Made by a program: the position numbers and the translations under genes. A stretch of 63,063 nucleotides of DNA, the filler included, from Hyphochytrium catenoides (taxonomy: Eukaryota > Protista > Hyphochytriomycota): the NCBI GenBank assembly GCA_900088475.1. It is 9 parts of 9 records of this genome, joined end to end, with 100 filler letters (N's around TTAATTAATTAA, not from the genome) between each part and the next. Parts side by side here need not be neighbours in the genome. Positions count along the whole stretch, not along the records: positions 1 to 20,481 come from FLMG01001188.1; positions 20,582 to 21,925 come from FLMG01000299.1; positions 22,026 to 24,032 come from FLMG01004068.1; 6 more parts are not named here. One strand, 5' to 3'. Each line of letters begins with the position of its first letter. Position 1 is the first letter of the stretch. Positions 9,672 to 22,388 of this stretch are shown piece by piece. The notes under the pieces were generated by a model. It did not search any database and was not told the origin of the DNA. It saw only the letters and a program-made list of their open reading frames with translations.

Positions 9672-12600
9672 ATGACCCTTCTTGAGGAGCTGGTTGGGAG
9701 CCGTCTACCTGCCACTGATTCAGAGCGGCTTGCAGCCCTAGAGCGACTGCGGTTGGCTATCGAGAGAGAAGGCGTGCAACCTACGTTCTCTCTCTCTCGT
9801 ATAGGTGAAGGAACTGAGCCTATTCTCTCTCTTCTTGAAGGATGTCTCTCTTCTGGAGCGTGGGCTGTAGTTCTCGATGCTCTCTCCTGTCTTTCGCTCC
9901 TTGTCAAGCCCCGATATCGAGAGAGAGAGAGACGAAAGATAGACCCCTCTCTCCCTCTTCTACTCTTTTTACCCCGCCTTTTCCCTCAGATCGTGCACTA
10001 TCTCGCGGACATCAAGGTCAGTCCCTTAGCCAAAGAGTTCTTCCTCCTCACGGCGACCAGGGAAGAGGCCGTGGAGAGTATATATGACAGTCTTATCTCA
10101 CAGGGAATGCGGAGTAAGAGGAGCGAAGTATGCGAAGCGTCAATCTTGACTGTCTCTTCTCTTCTCTCTTCCCGGCCCCCCGTGCTGCCGTCTCCTACAC
10201 TGTGTACGGAGCTTCTCTCTGCATTGGCAACCTGTCTGTCTTTCCCGGAGGAGAGAGTCCGTCTGTCTTCTCAGCATTGTATGGCTTGGATGAGAGAGGT
10301 AGTGCCTGACTATGAGAAAGCGCTAGTGCGTTTAGAGAGAGAGAAGAAAGAGAGAGTCGAAGCAGAGAAAGAGAGGATTGCCTCGCATTCAGGACTCTAC
10401 ACGCCTATGAAGCGACCAGGAAGCTCTTCGGGAAAGACCTTTGCTTTTTCTCAGCCTCCTGCTTCGTCTCGATCTTCTTCTGCCTCTTCCAAGAGCCTGG
10501 AGGATGTTCTCTCTCTTCTAGAAAGAGAAGAGGTCTCCGGGGAGGAGAGAGTGAGGGCGACTGAGGAGCTAACAGGCTTGACAGCAAGAAAAGAGGAAGA
10601 GATAGCTCAGCTGATAGGTAAGAAGCTCGTCTCTCTCTCGGAGATTGGGAGAAGAGGACTGCTGGAGGCACACCATCGAGTGAACGAAAGCACTCTTTCT
10701 CTTCTCTCTCTTCTTGCGCAGAAGCTAGGTGTCTCTTCCTCTTCTCTCTTTCAGTCTCTCTTCCCTCTCCTGATGGAGAAGTTAGGAGAGAGCCGCAGCG
10801 TCAGACAGAAAACTATCATTCTCTTTCGCTCTCTCATGCGTCTGTTTGGCTCGTCTCTCTGTCTCGAGATTCTCAAGGAAGCTAGGATGCACAGCAGCAG
10901 CAAAGTGAGAGAGGAAGCACTGAAGCTCATTATGCTCTTCTCTCTCTCTTTCCAAGAAGAGAAAGAGAATCTCCTCTCTCTGGCAGCAATAGCGTCCGGT
11001 TTCCTCCTGGATCCAAGTCCCACCGTCTCAGCGGTTTGCGTGGATTGTCTGGGAACTCTGCAGCACTTTCTTTCTCTCTCTTTCTCTTCATCCTCTTCTC
11101 CCTCTTTCTCTCTCGCTAGAGAGCTCTCTCGCCTCCAGCCAGAGCTCCAAGGCTATGATTTCTTCTCCCTTGAGACGGCTCTGTCTCGAGTCTCTCTTCC
11201 TTCACTGACAGCAGACAAACTTCTGAACTATAATAGCGGATCGGCCACGCCCAGACCGAGAACTGCTGGAGGGAGAGCAGGAGAGAGAGAGAGAGAGAAT
11301 ACTCGTTCCTTCCTCGCCCCGTCCGTCCCTCTTCCTACTGCTTTGCCCTCTTCGGCTTCTCCCCCTGTGGAGCAAGGGAAGAGGAGAGAGAGGCCCGAGG
11401 ACTATGAAGATCTCAATAAGTCTTTCTTCGAAGAGGAAGAGCCTCTTCCTCCTGGCTCTCTCTCCTCTGGCTTGCAGGGAAAGAGAGTAGAAAGGGGAGA
11501 AGAGAGAGAGCGACGCGAGACAGGATCCCAAACTCCAACGAGACTAGGAGAGGGAACCCCTCCAGATAGAAACTCTATCGCCTCCAAGCTTACAACGCTG
11601 AAGAAGAAGCAGAGCAGCCGCTTTCGGCCTCCTCCAACCTCTTCGTCTTCTGCTGCTGCTGCCTCTCAAAAAGAGGGAGAGATGATAGAGAAAGAGAGAG
11701 AGAATGCAGAGGAAAGAGCTGACCAAGCAAAAACTCCTGGTTCCTTTGCATTTGGCGCAGGGAGACACCCTCCCGTGCAGCACAGCCCCCGCGTAAGACA
11801 AGGGCAAGGAGAAGGAGAAGGAGAGAAAGAAGGAGAGAAAACATATAGAAAGGCGGAGAAGAGGTTAGACGAGAAGCAAGAGAAAGAGCAAAGCGTTAGG
11901 TATGGACGTGAAGAGACAGAGCAAGAGAGGGAAAGACAACGACAAGCTAAACCTTCTCCCGTTTCTGGAGGTGGAGGCAAGTGGCAGACAAAACCTGTTG
12001 CACGGGAAGGAAGAGAAGAGGAGGAGCGGTCAGCATCAGCGAGCCGAGGGTTAGCTCTCCCCGCAGGAGGCGCAAAAATCGGGGAGAGGAGAGAAAGAGG
12101 AGAGAGAGGGTCCCCTGCGCCTGGTCTCTCTTCTTCCTTTGCAGAGCCTGAAGAGCAGCAGGTCCGCCAGCCTTCTCCCGTTAGGTCTATCAGCAAGGGG
12201 GAGAGAGAAAAGAAAAGGGAGAAGGGTCGTGCACCTTCTCCAAGCACTGCCTCTCTCTCCACCTCGTCTTTTCTCTCTTCTGCTCCTAGTTCTTCTTCTC
12301 CCTTAGATCCGAGCGATCGGCCCATCAAAGCCTCGGGCGCGGAGTCCTACCTTGCAATGTTAGAGCAATATGGAGAGGAAGCTTACAGGAGAGAAGACGA
12401 GGGAGAGACAGCAGCAGAAGGACCGTCTGCTGTGACCAAGAAACCGTTTCTGAGGAGAAGGAGTCCGCAGAAGCCAAAGGTAGAAGCAACGAGAAAGAGT
12501 AATGAGACCATGATGGAAGATAAGAGTGACGTGAAGAGACAGAGAGAAACTCTCTCTTCGTCGTCGTCTTCTTCCTCTCTTCCTCCCACTGCAGCAGCAA

Positions 12601-15600
12601 CTCCCGCTCCTCTTTCTCGATCTCTTTCTTCGCCTGCAGAAGGAGAGACATCCACTTTCAAGAGCAGGAGCCAACAGGGCGTAGGGAAGAAGGTTTCTAG
12701 CCAGAGAGAAAGAGAGAGAAATAGAGATAAGGAGAAGGGAAGAGAGAGAGAGAAAGAGAAAGATCCTCCTCCTCCATCCTCGAAAAGTAAGAAATGGGAT
12801 ACGTCCAAGTATCTTAGAGATGAAGAGTTTGAAGCTAGCAGCAATCCGCAGAGTGACCTGAAGGAAGCTCTTCTGTCTCTTGCCAGTGAGGAGTGGGAGA
12901 GAGTCTTCTTAGCCCTCAACACGGTAAGGGGGAGAGTTTACTAAGAAGATAGTGAGAGAAAGAGAGAGAGAGAGACAAGAGAAGCAGAAGAGAAAGATGT
13001 CTAACAGCCGGAAGGTTAGGTCTGAGTGAGACAGGAGAGGGGAAGAGGGAGGCATGGGGATGTATGATTTGGCTCTTTCTTCTTTTGATGGAGTCTCCTC
13101 TTTTTTTGACCCGTTCCCTCTTTCCTTCCCTCGGCTACTCCATCTTGATCCATGTCTCCTCTCCTCTAATCTATCTTCTTCCATTAGCCAATGCCCGCCT
13201 CCACATAACTCTCTCTCTCTCTCTTCTCTCGAGCTCACACACAATGCCTTTGTCTGTCTTCTTGACTTTCCGTTCTGTCTCTCTCTCTCTCGCAGGTTCG
13301 TCAGCTGGCTATCTTCCACCCCGAAATGCTGCTGCCGCACTTGCACTCCATCGTGTTAGAAGTAAAGAAGCAAGTGATGAACCTCCGCTCCTCTGTCTCG
13401 AAAAATGCTCTTCTCACTCTGTCTTCTCTCTTTCTTGGACTGAGAGAGAGGATGGACAGAGAAGGAGAAGAAGTTATTGGGACCATCCTAAAGAGATGCA
13501 GTGACACGAATGCCTTTCTCTCTTCCTCTGCAGACGAAGCGTTAGGCGTTATGCTGGAGTCTCTCTCTCCTTCCCGGTCACTCTCCTCTCTCCTCACACA
13601 AATCTCATCCAGGAACGCGGTTGTCAGGCAGAAGATCGCAGAAGGAGTGTGCTATCTTCTCTCTTCTTCCCCTTATGCTTCTCGTCTTCTCTCAGCCTTG
13701 AGAGAAAGAGAGAGAGAGAGAGACCAATTAGTCAAGGCCGTGAGCTCTCTTCTGATAGATAACACTCCTGACGCGCGGCAAGCAGCAAAAGGCAGTGTCT
13801 GGTTCTTAGTGAAGAGAGGAAATATCGACTCCTCTCTCTTTCTCAAGGTTCTTCCATCCGCTGCACAGAAAGATCTTCTTCGCTTCTTAGATGGCGGAGA
13901 ACCAAAAGTGAAGCCAATGACGAAGAGAACGGAAGGAGAAGGACCAGAAAAGAAAGAGAGAGAGAGACCAAAGAAAGACGGCAGTTCAGGAGTTAGAGGA
14001 ACAGGAAAATCGGAGGGAGACAGAATGGGAAATAGTCCGGAGAAGGAAGTAGGAAAGGAACTGAAGAAGAGGACGAGAACATCGGAGAGCTCCAGAGGAG
14101 GAGGAAGCGGCGGAGGGAACAACAGCGAGCTCCCTGGGAAAGAAGCGGAAGACTTGATGCAGTTTGAGAAGGTGACTCTCTCTCTTCTTCTCTTTTTTTC
14201 ATTTCTTCCCACTCTTTCTCTCTTCCTTCTCTCTCCCGCTCGCGGTTTACCTGTCTCGGCCCGCTCCTTTGCCAGCTTTGCTACGTGCCACAGTGACCTT
14301 TGCCAAGTCTTGGTCTCTTTCTTTCTTTAGAGTTCCCTTTATGCTTTCCTCAAGTCTCTCTCTCTCTCTCTCGTGGTGGTCCGTCTTGCAAGGGTATAGT
14401 CGTGCTCGCTAGGTCTGCCGCTTTGTCTCTTTCATTGTGCTCTTGCCATAGGAGAAGCCTTAGATTCTGTTGCTCTCCTTTTCTCTTTTCATCGTAGGAG
14501 TTGCATGCCTCGGACTGGAGAGAGAGGTTGGACGCCTTCCAACGCTTTCAAAGCTTTTTGGTGGCCAATGGCGCAGCGCTTGCTCGTGGCTCCAGAGCCC
14601 AGCAAGTCCTTGATCTTCTTATTGAGAGGCTTCAGGATGGAAACATGAAGGTTCTCTCTCTCCCTCTCTCTCCCTCTCTCTCTCTTTCTCTCTCTTTCGT
14701 TATCCACTGCTATATCCATCCATCTTTTTAATCCTAACGTCCCTCTCTGTCCTTCAAGGTGAATGTGGCTGCTTTAGAGTCTTTGCGGGATATCCTTCCT
14801 CTCTTCCGTGACCACCTCCCGTCGGCCCTTGCCTCTCTCCTGCCTGCTTTGATCACCCACGGGACGGCCACCAACAAACAGGTAAGAAACGAGAGAAAGA
14901 GGAACTAAAAATGAGAGACCAAAGGTCAAGAGACAATTAGATAACGAGATAACAGAGAAAGCCAAAAGGAGTCAGCCAGAAAAGAGGAGGAGTGCGAGTG
15001 ATTTTTCTCCTCCTCAGTCCATGTCTTTCTTCTAACACTTTGCCTCTCTCGGGTCTCTGTCTTCCCCCACCTTCGATCACTAACTTTCTGCGTCCCTCTA
15101 TTGCTTCTATTGCCGTTGATTTTGCGGTCTTCCTCTTCTCCAGCTCCAAGAGCTGTCGTCTCTCTCTCTTTCCCTCCTGCCACAACTTCTCTCTCCATCC
15201 CTTCTCCTTCAGCCTCTGGCGCAGATAGCACAGTTTGGAAATCCTAAAGCCCGAGTCCTGGCCACGGAGAGACTAGCAGAGCTTACCGTCCCAGCCTACA
15301 CTGAGAAGCCGGCCATTGTCATAAAGTTTGTTGCGTCTCTCTCTCTCTTTCGTCCACTCTTGTTGCCCTCCCATGGCCCTGACTGTCTATCTGTCTCGCA
15401 TTTCATGCACACTTGTCTCTCACATGTTCTACGTCCCCGTCCCGCTAAATGTACAATCTCTTCTGACCTCTCTTTCCTTGCTGTCTGTTCTCTACTCCTC
15501 AGGTATCTTATTCCCCTAGCCTTCAAGACTATGGGAGAGCAGAAGAGTGACATGTCGCACGCTTCTTCTCTTCTCCTTTCATCTCTCTGTCGGGCAATGG

Positions 15601-15689
15601 GCTCTAAGATTTTAGAACAGACGCAGGCTCTGTCTTCTGCAGACCAACAGCGGATACAGGCTCTTCTCCAGGCGAGTGGAAGATATTAG
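9672..15689 (+). CDS. TOGARAM1: TOG-array ciliary microtubule regulator (TOGARAM/Crescerin/FAM179B, CHE-12 family)
   Basis: Exon 1 (9672-12923) holds HEAT/TOG segments and a long low-complexity linker. Exons 13296-14171, 14498-14650, 14759-14881, about 15213-15325 and 15503-15689 give SEEWERVFLALNT|VRQLAIFHPEML...VMNLRSSVSKNA...DTNAFLSSSADEAL and ASDWRERL...RLQDGNMK|VNVAALESL, typical of the TOG3/TOG4 domains of this family. A small exon within 14882-15212 may be missed. Confidence 0.8.
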
Positions 15690-15991
15690 AGAGAGAGAGA
15701 GAAGAGATGTATACGCGACAGAGGAGAGAAAAAGGAGACCCCTCAAAGTCGTTGGTCAAACCAACTGTCCGAAGAGAGAGCGTGACAACAGAGACGCGAT
15801 TTCGTCCCTCTGGCAAGAGAGAGAAAGCTGTTCATTTGCAAGCACAATCTATCAAGGAGAAGAGCCCCGCTACGAAAGAGAGATGGAGAGAGAGAGAGAG
15901 AGAGAGAGCACCCAAGAGGAGTAGGCCAGAGAAGGTTCTGCGTCTGTCTTTTAGAGTATTTGCCCGTTTTTGTTAACTTATTATTGTTAAA

Positions 15992-18900
15992 TTAGCTGTC
16001 CAGGTCTTGAACATAGAGAACTTCTTGCGATACCAGGTTCTGAATGGGAGATGGCAGTGGGAGAAGAGTGACCGAAAGGGACGGGTTGAGAAAGCAATGA
16101 CAGCGCACAGAGGAGAGCGAGAGGAGGGAAAACTGTTTGAAAAAGAATGAGGAAGAGCGGAAGAGAGAAAGAGCACCAAAAGAGAGCTTGAACAGACTAA
16201 AAGATACAGAAGATGGGCAGCTTCGTGTATGGAAAGAGGGATATAACCAGCGAGCCAGATCAGCAGAGAGAACGAACACCAGGAGACAAACGAAGAGTAA
16301 AGTAAAGAGAAAGAAAGAAGGAAGGAGAGAGAGGGGAGAGAGAGAGAGAGAGAGAGAGGTACAGTGTGCAACCTACCGCCTCCTTCAGTTTGAGTCCATT
16401 CTCTTGCTCGGTGAAGGTCCGCCGGGGAAAGTTGGTTGATAGCTCGTAGTTCACTATGGGAAGATCCTTCTTGTACAGCTCTACGTCGATATAGTCCCGT
16501 ACCAGCTGAGAGAGGCAGAAGGAGGAGAGGAGAATGCAAATGCGGTGAAGCGGAGGTTGAGAGGTGTAGAGAAAGCTGAAGGAGGTAGGCCAAACAAGGT
16601 ATAGGCAGAGCACTGACAATTGCCAAGAGATAGTCCCCAAATAGGGATAAGAAAGAGCCCTTGTGCCTCTTCAGGGCAGACCATAGTTTAAACTCTCTTC
16701 CTCTCTCTCGTTTTTCTCTCTTTCTCTCTTCATGTGGCGTCCAAGCTCGCTAACGTTTCTATCGTCAATCTTTTCCCGGTATTTCTCCCTAAGTGCTTCC
16801 TCCTTCTTGAAGGATCTTCTACCTTCCAGGAGGCAAAAGTCCAAAGACCTAGTTCTCTAGACAGTGCTAACTTTCTTGCCATCTCTCTCCTCTCTCTTTC
16901 TCTCGCGTGTTCTCTCACTGCACACAAAACAAAATATTCTCGAGATAGTCCTGACGCCTTTCTTTCTCTTTCCCACCTCCAGGGTGTCCTCATGATGGAA
17001 GCAACGCTCGACTCTGCTGCCATTGGGGAATATAAACCGTATGTAGGTTGTCCCTGGGGTACCACGCTTGGGTTCCTCTCCCAGCTTCAACTGCTTTGAT
17101 TCGAACACCGAACGTCGCTCCTGTCAAAGAGGCAGGGTAAGATTAACAGGAGATTAAAGGCAAATCGATGAGCGACAATCTGAGTAGTTTGGCCTTTCTC
17201 CTGGTTGAAAAGTTAATGAGAAGGAACCAAAAAGGCAGAGTTTCCTTGAAGGAGAACAAATATTCGAAGGAAGAGAAAAAGCGCGCGCGCGAGAGAGCAT
17301 GACAGCGAATAGAGGGAAACAGCAGGTTTCAACCAGCGATTGGTAGCAAAGAGAGAAAGTAGACGGCGCAACTACTCGAGGCAGTCCTCGTGAGACTCTT
17401 ACCTGCTCCTTTTTCAGTCGCTCGCTCTCTTCCCTCTGTTTCCTCTTCTCCTCTTCTATTCGAGCATTTTCTTCTTTCTCGCGCTTTTCCCTCTCTGCTG
17501 CTTCCTATACATGGAGGCAGACACCAGTCAGTATCCTGCTATCTAGGGAAGACGCAGCCACCCATAGATTCTTTGGCTTCTGTTCGTTTTTCCTTTTTTA
17601 GCTTCTTCTGGCTGGTCTCCGTACCACCCTTCTTCTGAACTCTTCCCCTTTCTTTTGTCACTAACCCTCTGTCTGTCAGCCTCGAGTGCCTCCTCATAAG
17701 CTCTGTCCTGCTCCTGACGCAGGCGGCGTGCTTCCTCCCTGATAGATAAGACAAACGAAGAGCGTGCACGGGGCGAGAGGAGGTCAAAAAGGAGCATAAT
17801 CCATGAGAAGGAAGGAAGCGACTCCTTAGCAGGGTAAAATTACGACACGACTGCATAGGCTTACATCTCCTGTCTCTGCCTCCTTGCTGCCTCGTGATGC
17901 TCGCGGAATCGCTCTGTCGCCGCAGTGAGCCTCTGTACCAGAGTCTCAACAGTGACAAGCCCTGTGCATAAACGGCAAAATCCCATTAGCAGAACCGCCA
18001 CTGACCCGATAGCAGAGAGAAGAGAGGGAGTCCGAAGAGAATCTCCGTAGCTTTGTGAGACACATACTGCCTTGTATAAGGTCAAGGACGGACCGGGTGT
18101 CATAGATCTAATTATCGGCACGCGGACGAAGGAGAGAGATAGGCTTACGAAAGCGTGCCTACCCATAAACTTCTCAATGATCGTGACTCCTCTTGCAACG
18201 CATGAGAGAAGGACAAGGTAAGGATAGCCTGCACATCCTAACGCCTCAGCTGTTCCATAGGCGTCAGGCAGCTCGACAGAGCCGCCCCAGACATAGACTG
18301 ACTCGTCCAAAAACTGAATGAGACGGTCATTACTTAGTATGGTCCTGCGAAGAAGCGCGAGTTAAACGGACATACACACCCAGAGCCGGAAGGAGAGACT
18401 ATATTCTGTATGAGAGATAAAAGGCGACCTAGAAAGAGAGAGACAGAGAGATACGATGTCGAAGGAAGTGCCCCGGCCTGTACTCTCATAGCCTCTAAAA
18501 TGACCCGTCATGGAGCTTACAGAGAAATAGAGATAGTGGGGGAACATGTCTGCCAGCAAGGAGGCAGTGACAGGCCATCGCTGAAGAGAACATCTTGCTT
18601 TGACTCACTTGCAGAAGGCTGGCGTGTCCTCATGTAGGTCGCAGTGAAGATAGACAAGCAAGAACTTGAACTCTCTAGTTGCAAGATCAACTGCCTCTTT
18701 ATACCTGTCAACAAAGCGTTTGAATGAGGTGAGACATACTGAGGAACTTAATCAGAAAGAAGATGGAGAAGAGTAAGAGCGCAGAAGCTCTGGAGATGAG
18801 GTCCAAGGCGCCCATACGCACGATGTTAGAAGAAACTTCGGGTGCTTCTTCCCATATTTCTTCTCATAGCTAGTCAGGAATCTCTTTGCGGCTGGGTTCT

Positions 18901-19283
18901 GAGGTAGTCTCTCTCGAGGGTTGACTCCTCCGTCATTGTCATTTGTGCTACTGTTGGACTCAGCTGCAGCTAAGACTCCGTCATCTTGCTCCTGAAGGTA
19001 GGCTTGGACGGCAGCCTGAGCCCCAGAGATAGCGTTCAGTATTGAGCAATGGATAGATACGGGAAAGGATATGACAAGAAGAGTAGTGGAAAGAAGGTGT
19101 GATAGATGGTCGATAGATGCCAGGTAGGAAGTCCGCCCGATCGGTCGTAAGAGCAGCAATCGAGCTTACATCAACATCCCAATTGTGTCTGCGGAGTATC
19201 CTTGCGCCTTCTTGATCATCATTGATCTGTGTGAAGTCCTTAAAGGTCTGCAAGGTCCGTCGCTGCTCCTCTGAGAGACTCAT
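15992..19283 (-). CDS. FAF2: FAF2/UBXD8-type p97 adaptor (UBA-like, UAS, coiled coil, UBX), multi-exon
   Basis: UBA-like: MSLSEEQRRTLQTFKDFTQINDDQEGARILRRHNWDVD|AAVQAYL. UAS: FLTSYEKKYGKKHPKF, REFKFLLVYLHCDLHEDTPAFC, VWGGSVELPDAYG..L...GYPYL. Coiled coil: RLRQEQDRAYEEALEADR. UBX: IRFIFPNGSRVERCF...LSTNFPRRTF...NLVSQEVLYVQDLDS*. Confidence 0.88.
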
Positions 19284-20048
19284 AATGTCCACGTGGACTT
19301 ACGCTTGTCGGGCTGAAGCACCGGGCCCCTGACTAGATGAATGACTTGCGAAAAGAGAGTTCCTCGCCAATCTCACAACTTTAAGGGTGGTCTCCTCCCT
19401 ATAGACTAGCTGCTTACTCACGGCTACTACTGGGAGATCCGGAGCTCTGAGAAAGGCACTGGCAATGGGTCTCTGAAGCTGCAAGATCTCCAGAAATGTT
19501 GGGCATCATCTGCGTCTGCATCTGCCGCTTGGCGCTTCAGCTTCGGCTTTTCTTCTTCGCATCATCACATATCCATAACTTGTACAGAGAAGGCGTCATC
19601 CAGAATAACATAGGTCATGTCCACAATAAAGCTGCAATGGGTTTTAGATACAATTCACTAATGTCATAAATAAAGCGAGCTATTGAAGCTGTCCTCCGGA
19701 ATCGGCATGGCAAGCTCAGTTCTCCCCTGGGAGCCCAGGCCCAGAGGACGTTACACTCTTCATCTCTTTCCGCCCCACTCTGTCTCGTCCCCCTCTGGGC
19801 CCACCTTCTCATCTCTTTGCTGCCTCTCTCCCTCCTAGTGCGCTCTTAGTCGTCAGGCTCTGTCTCTGCCCATGCTATCATCCTCGTCGCTGCCGCGATA
19901 TCTCTCCACTTTCTTTCTGTGCTCTCTCTCTCGGTCCTTTTCTCTCTCATTCTCTCTCTTTTTCTCTCTCTCTCTCTCTCTCTCTGTCTCTGTNNNNNNN
20001 NNNNNNNNNNNNNNNNNNNNNNNNNNNNNNNNNNNNNNNNNNNNNNNN

Positions 20049-20082
<34 letters not shown>

Positions 20083-20481
20083 CTCTCTCTTGGTCGTCCT
20101 TAGCTTACTCTAGCTGCTCCTGATACCTCATCCTTATTACCTTCCTCTGCTTCTGTCTCGGCAGCAGGGTGATGCATCTTCTTAAGCAGAACTGGCGGTC
20201 TGGTCATCACCTTCTTCCTTAGTCATCTCTCTCTCTCTCTCCTTCTTCTGCCCGCTGCTTCTGCGACGGCTACTCAGTATCTCTATGCTTTTCCTTCTTC
20301 CCTATCTCTGCTCCGTCAGGATCCTCTTCTTCGCCTGGCTCTATTATTCTAGAGATCTGCGAGATATCAAGCCGGGGAGCAGCAGAAGAAGATAAGAGAA
20401 GGTTGCCAGTGGAAAGAAGCTAGAGGACAGCGACGTGGGGACAGAAAGAGAAAATAGAGAGAGCGAGAGAGAGAGAGAGAG

Positions 20482-20581
20482 NNNNNNNNNNNNNNNNNNN
20501 NNNNNNNNNNNNNNNNNNNNNNNNNTTAATTAATTAANNNNNNNNNNNNNNNNNNNNNNNNNNNNNNNNNNNNNNNNNNNN
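20482..20581. other. Artificial scaffold linker, 44N-TTAATTAATTAA-44N (first of 8)
   Basis: The same 100-nt linker occurs at 21926-22025, 24033-24132, 28915-29014, 49892-49991, 52695-52794, 56993-57092 and 60849-60948. The 12-mer places stops in all six frames. Confidence 0.97.
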
Positions 20582-21925
20582 CTTACCTTAGCTCGCCCCT
20601 TCTTGGTAACACGTCGCTGTGTCGTCGTAATCTCGACTCCTATATATGTTAATTTGCGACGTGTCTCGTTCATCAGCGCTCGTCGGGCTGTTCTTGGCTT
20701 GGATAAAGAGGAAAAGGAAAAGCTTGACATTCCTGAGCTAGAGACAGAGAAAGAGATAAAAGAAAATGATGCAGACCAGGAAGCACGAGGAGAGGATGTT
20801 GGACAAAAGACTGCTGGCAGTCCAGAAGAGTCTGCTCAGGAGAGGATATTTAGTGGAGAGATTCCTAAGGAAGTCTATAAGCAGGCCATCAAAGGTGCGT
20901 GAGGAAACTTCAAGTTATGGGGGGAGGTGAACGAAGGCACCTGCCATGGTGGCGGTGTGCGCGGCTCGTGGTTAAACCTTTCAGGAAGTTGGTTGTGTGC
21001 CCATGGCTCCCTGGTGGCCGGATTGGGACCGGTGGGAGCTCCGAAGAGAAGGGAAATGGTTAACCAAACCCCCTGTCTGCCGCGGCCTTCTCGTCTCATC
21101 GCTCTTGCATCTCTCTCCAATCTTCAGCTTTCCCCGTAGATGTCCCTTTCAGAGAGAAGTTCTTAGACATTACAAGCAGATTTCCCACATCTGTTTCCTC
21201 TCACGTCGAGGACTTCGTCCTTCAAAGCCTCGAGCAAGACTTTGAAGGGCAGAAGGGTAAAGAAGAAGAGGCTTGGAAGGTGAGAACAGAGTGGCCTATC
21301 AAAAAATTGAAGAGGACTCTGGGTGAGAGCGGAAAGAAGAGCCGAAAGCGAGGACGGAGTAAAACAATCGGAGAGGAGGAGGAAGAGATGGAGGAAGTCA
21401 AGCGTTTGAGGATGGCACTTGAAGAGACAGAGAGAGATTGTCAGCAGCTTCTCCAAGCAGCTGTGGAAAAACTCTCTTCTGAAGCTATCTGGGAGTTCTA
21501 TCTCCTTTGGGTGGAGAGCAGGATTGCAGAGGCGATAGGTGAGGACAGAACCATAATTCTCCTGCCTAATTCTTTGCTGGATCGCAAGCCACTTACGTCC
21601 CTCTGCTTATTTTGATCGCTCCACGTCCATGACCTTAACTTAGGAGGCGCCGATCAGGATCTGGAGCGGACCGCCCGTCTGGCCCAGCATCTTCTCGGAG
21701 AGTATGAGAGAGCAGAAAGCGAGGGAAAGCTCACTTCTCCGTCCCTCTTTCTCCGTTGGATCACACTCCTCCAGCGTACGGGTGCCTTTCCACGGCTGCT
21801 GGAAGTGATAGAGAAGGCGGTCCGACGATTCCCAAGTGATGGAAGAATCTGGGCGCAGGCAGTGGAGGTTTGGGTCACTTCGAACTGCGGTGGACAGAGA
21901 AAGAAGAAGGAACTCAAAAGCAGTG
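20582..21925 (+). CDS. UTP6: U3 snoRNA-associated protein 6 (HAT repeats), internal fragment on a short scaffold
   Basis: Spliced pieces: ARRAVLGL...IFSGEIPKEVYKQAIK|AFPVDVPFREKFLDITSRFP...FVLQSLEQDF|...DCQQLLQAAVEKLSSEAIWEFYL|...VIEKAVRRFPSDGRIW. These resemble the UTP6 central HAT region. Both ends are cut by linkers. Confidence 0.7.
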
Positions 21926-22259
21926 NNNNNNNNNNNNNNNNNNNNNNNNNNNNNNNNNNNNNNNNNNNNTTAATTAATTAANNNNNNNNNNNNNNNNNNN
22001 NNNNNNNNNNNNNNNNNNNNNNNNNGAGAGAGAGAGAGAGAGAGGAGAGAAGGGGGGAGAGGGGAGGAGTGAGTGAGTGAGAGAGAGAGAGAGAGGATGA
22101 AGAAGAAGAGGGAACCGGAGCAAAAGACGGAACACCACTGTTGTAAAAACTGCAGAGACAAGACGAAGTGAGAGGAAGCGCACCACAAAAAGCGAAAGGA
22201 GCCAGAACGAGAGGAGAAAGACAAATTGACAAGAGAGAGAGGAGAGATAAAGAGAGAGA

Positions 22260-22293
<34 letters not shown>

Positions 22294-22350
22294 NNNNNNN
22301 NNNNNNNNNNNNNNNNNNNNNNNNNNNNNNNNNNNNNNNNNNNNNNNNNN

Positions 22351-22388
<38 letters not shown>

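Noticed and set aside
20526-20537. Recurrent TTAATTAATTAA palindrome as a piggyBac target or regulatory site
   Set aside because: Always flanked by exactly 44 N on each side, so it is an assembly linker.
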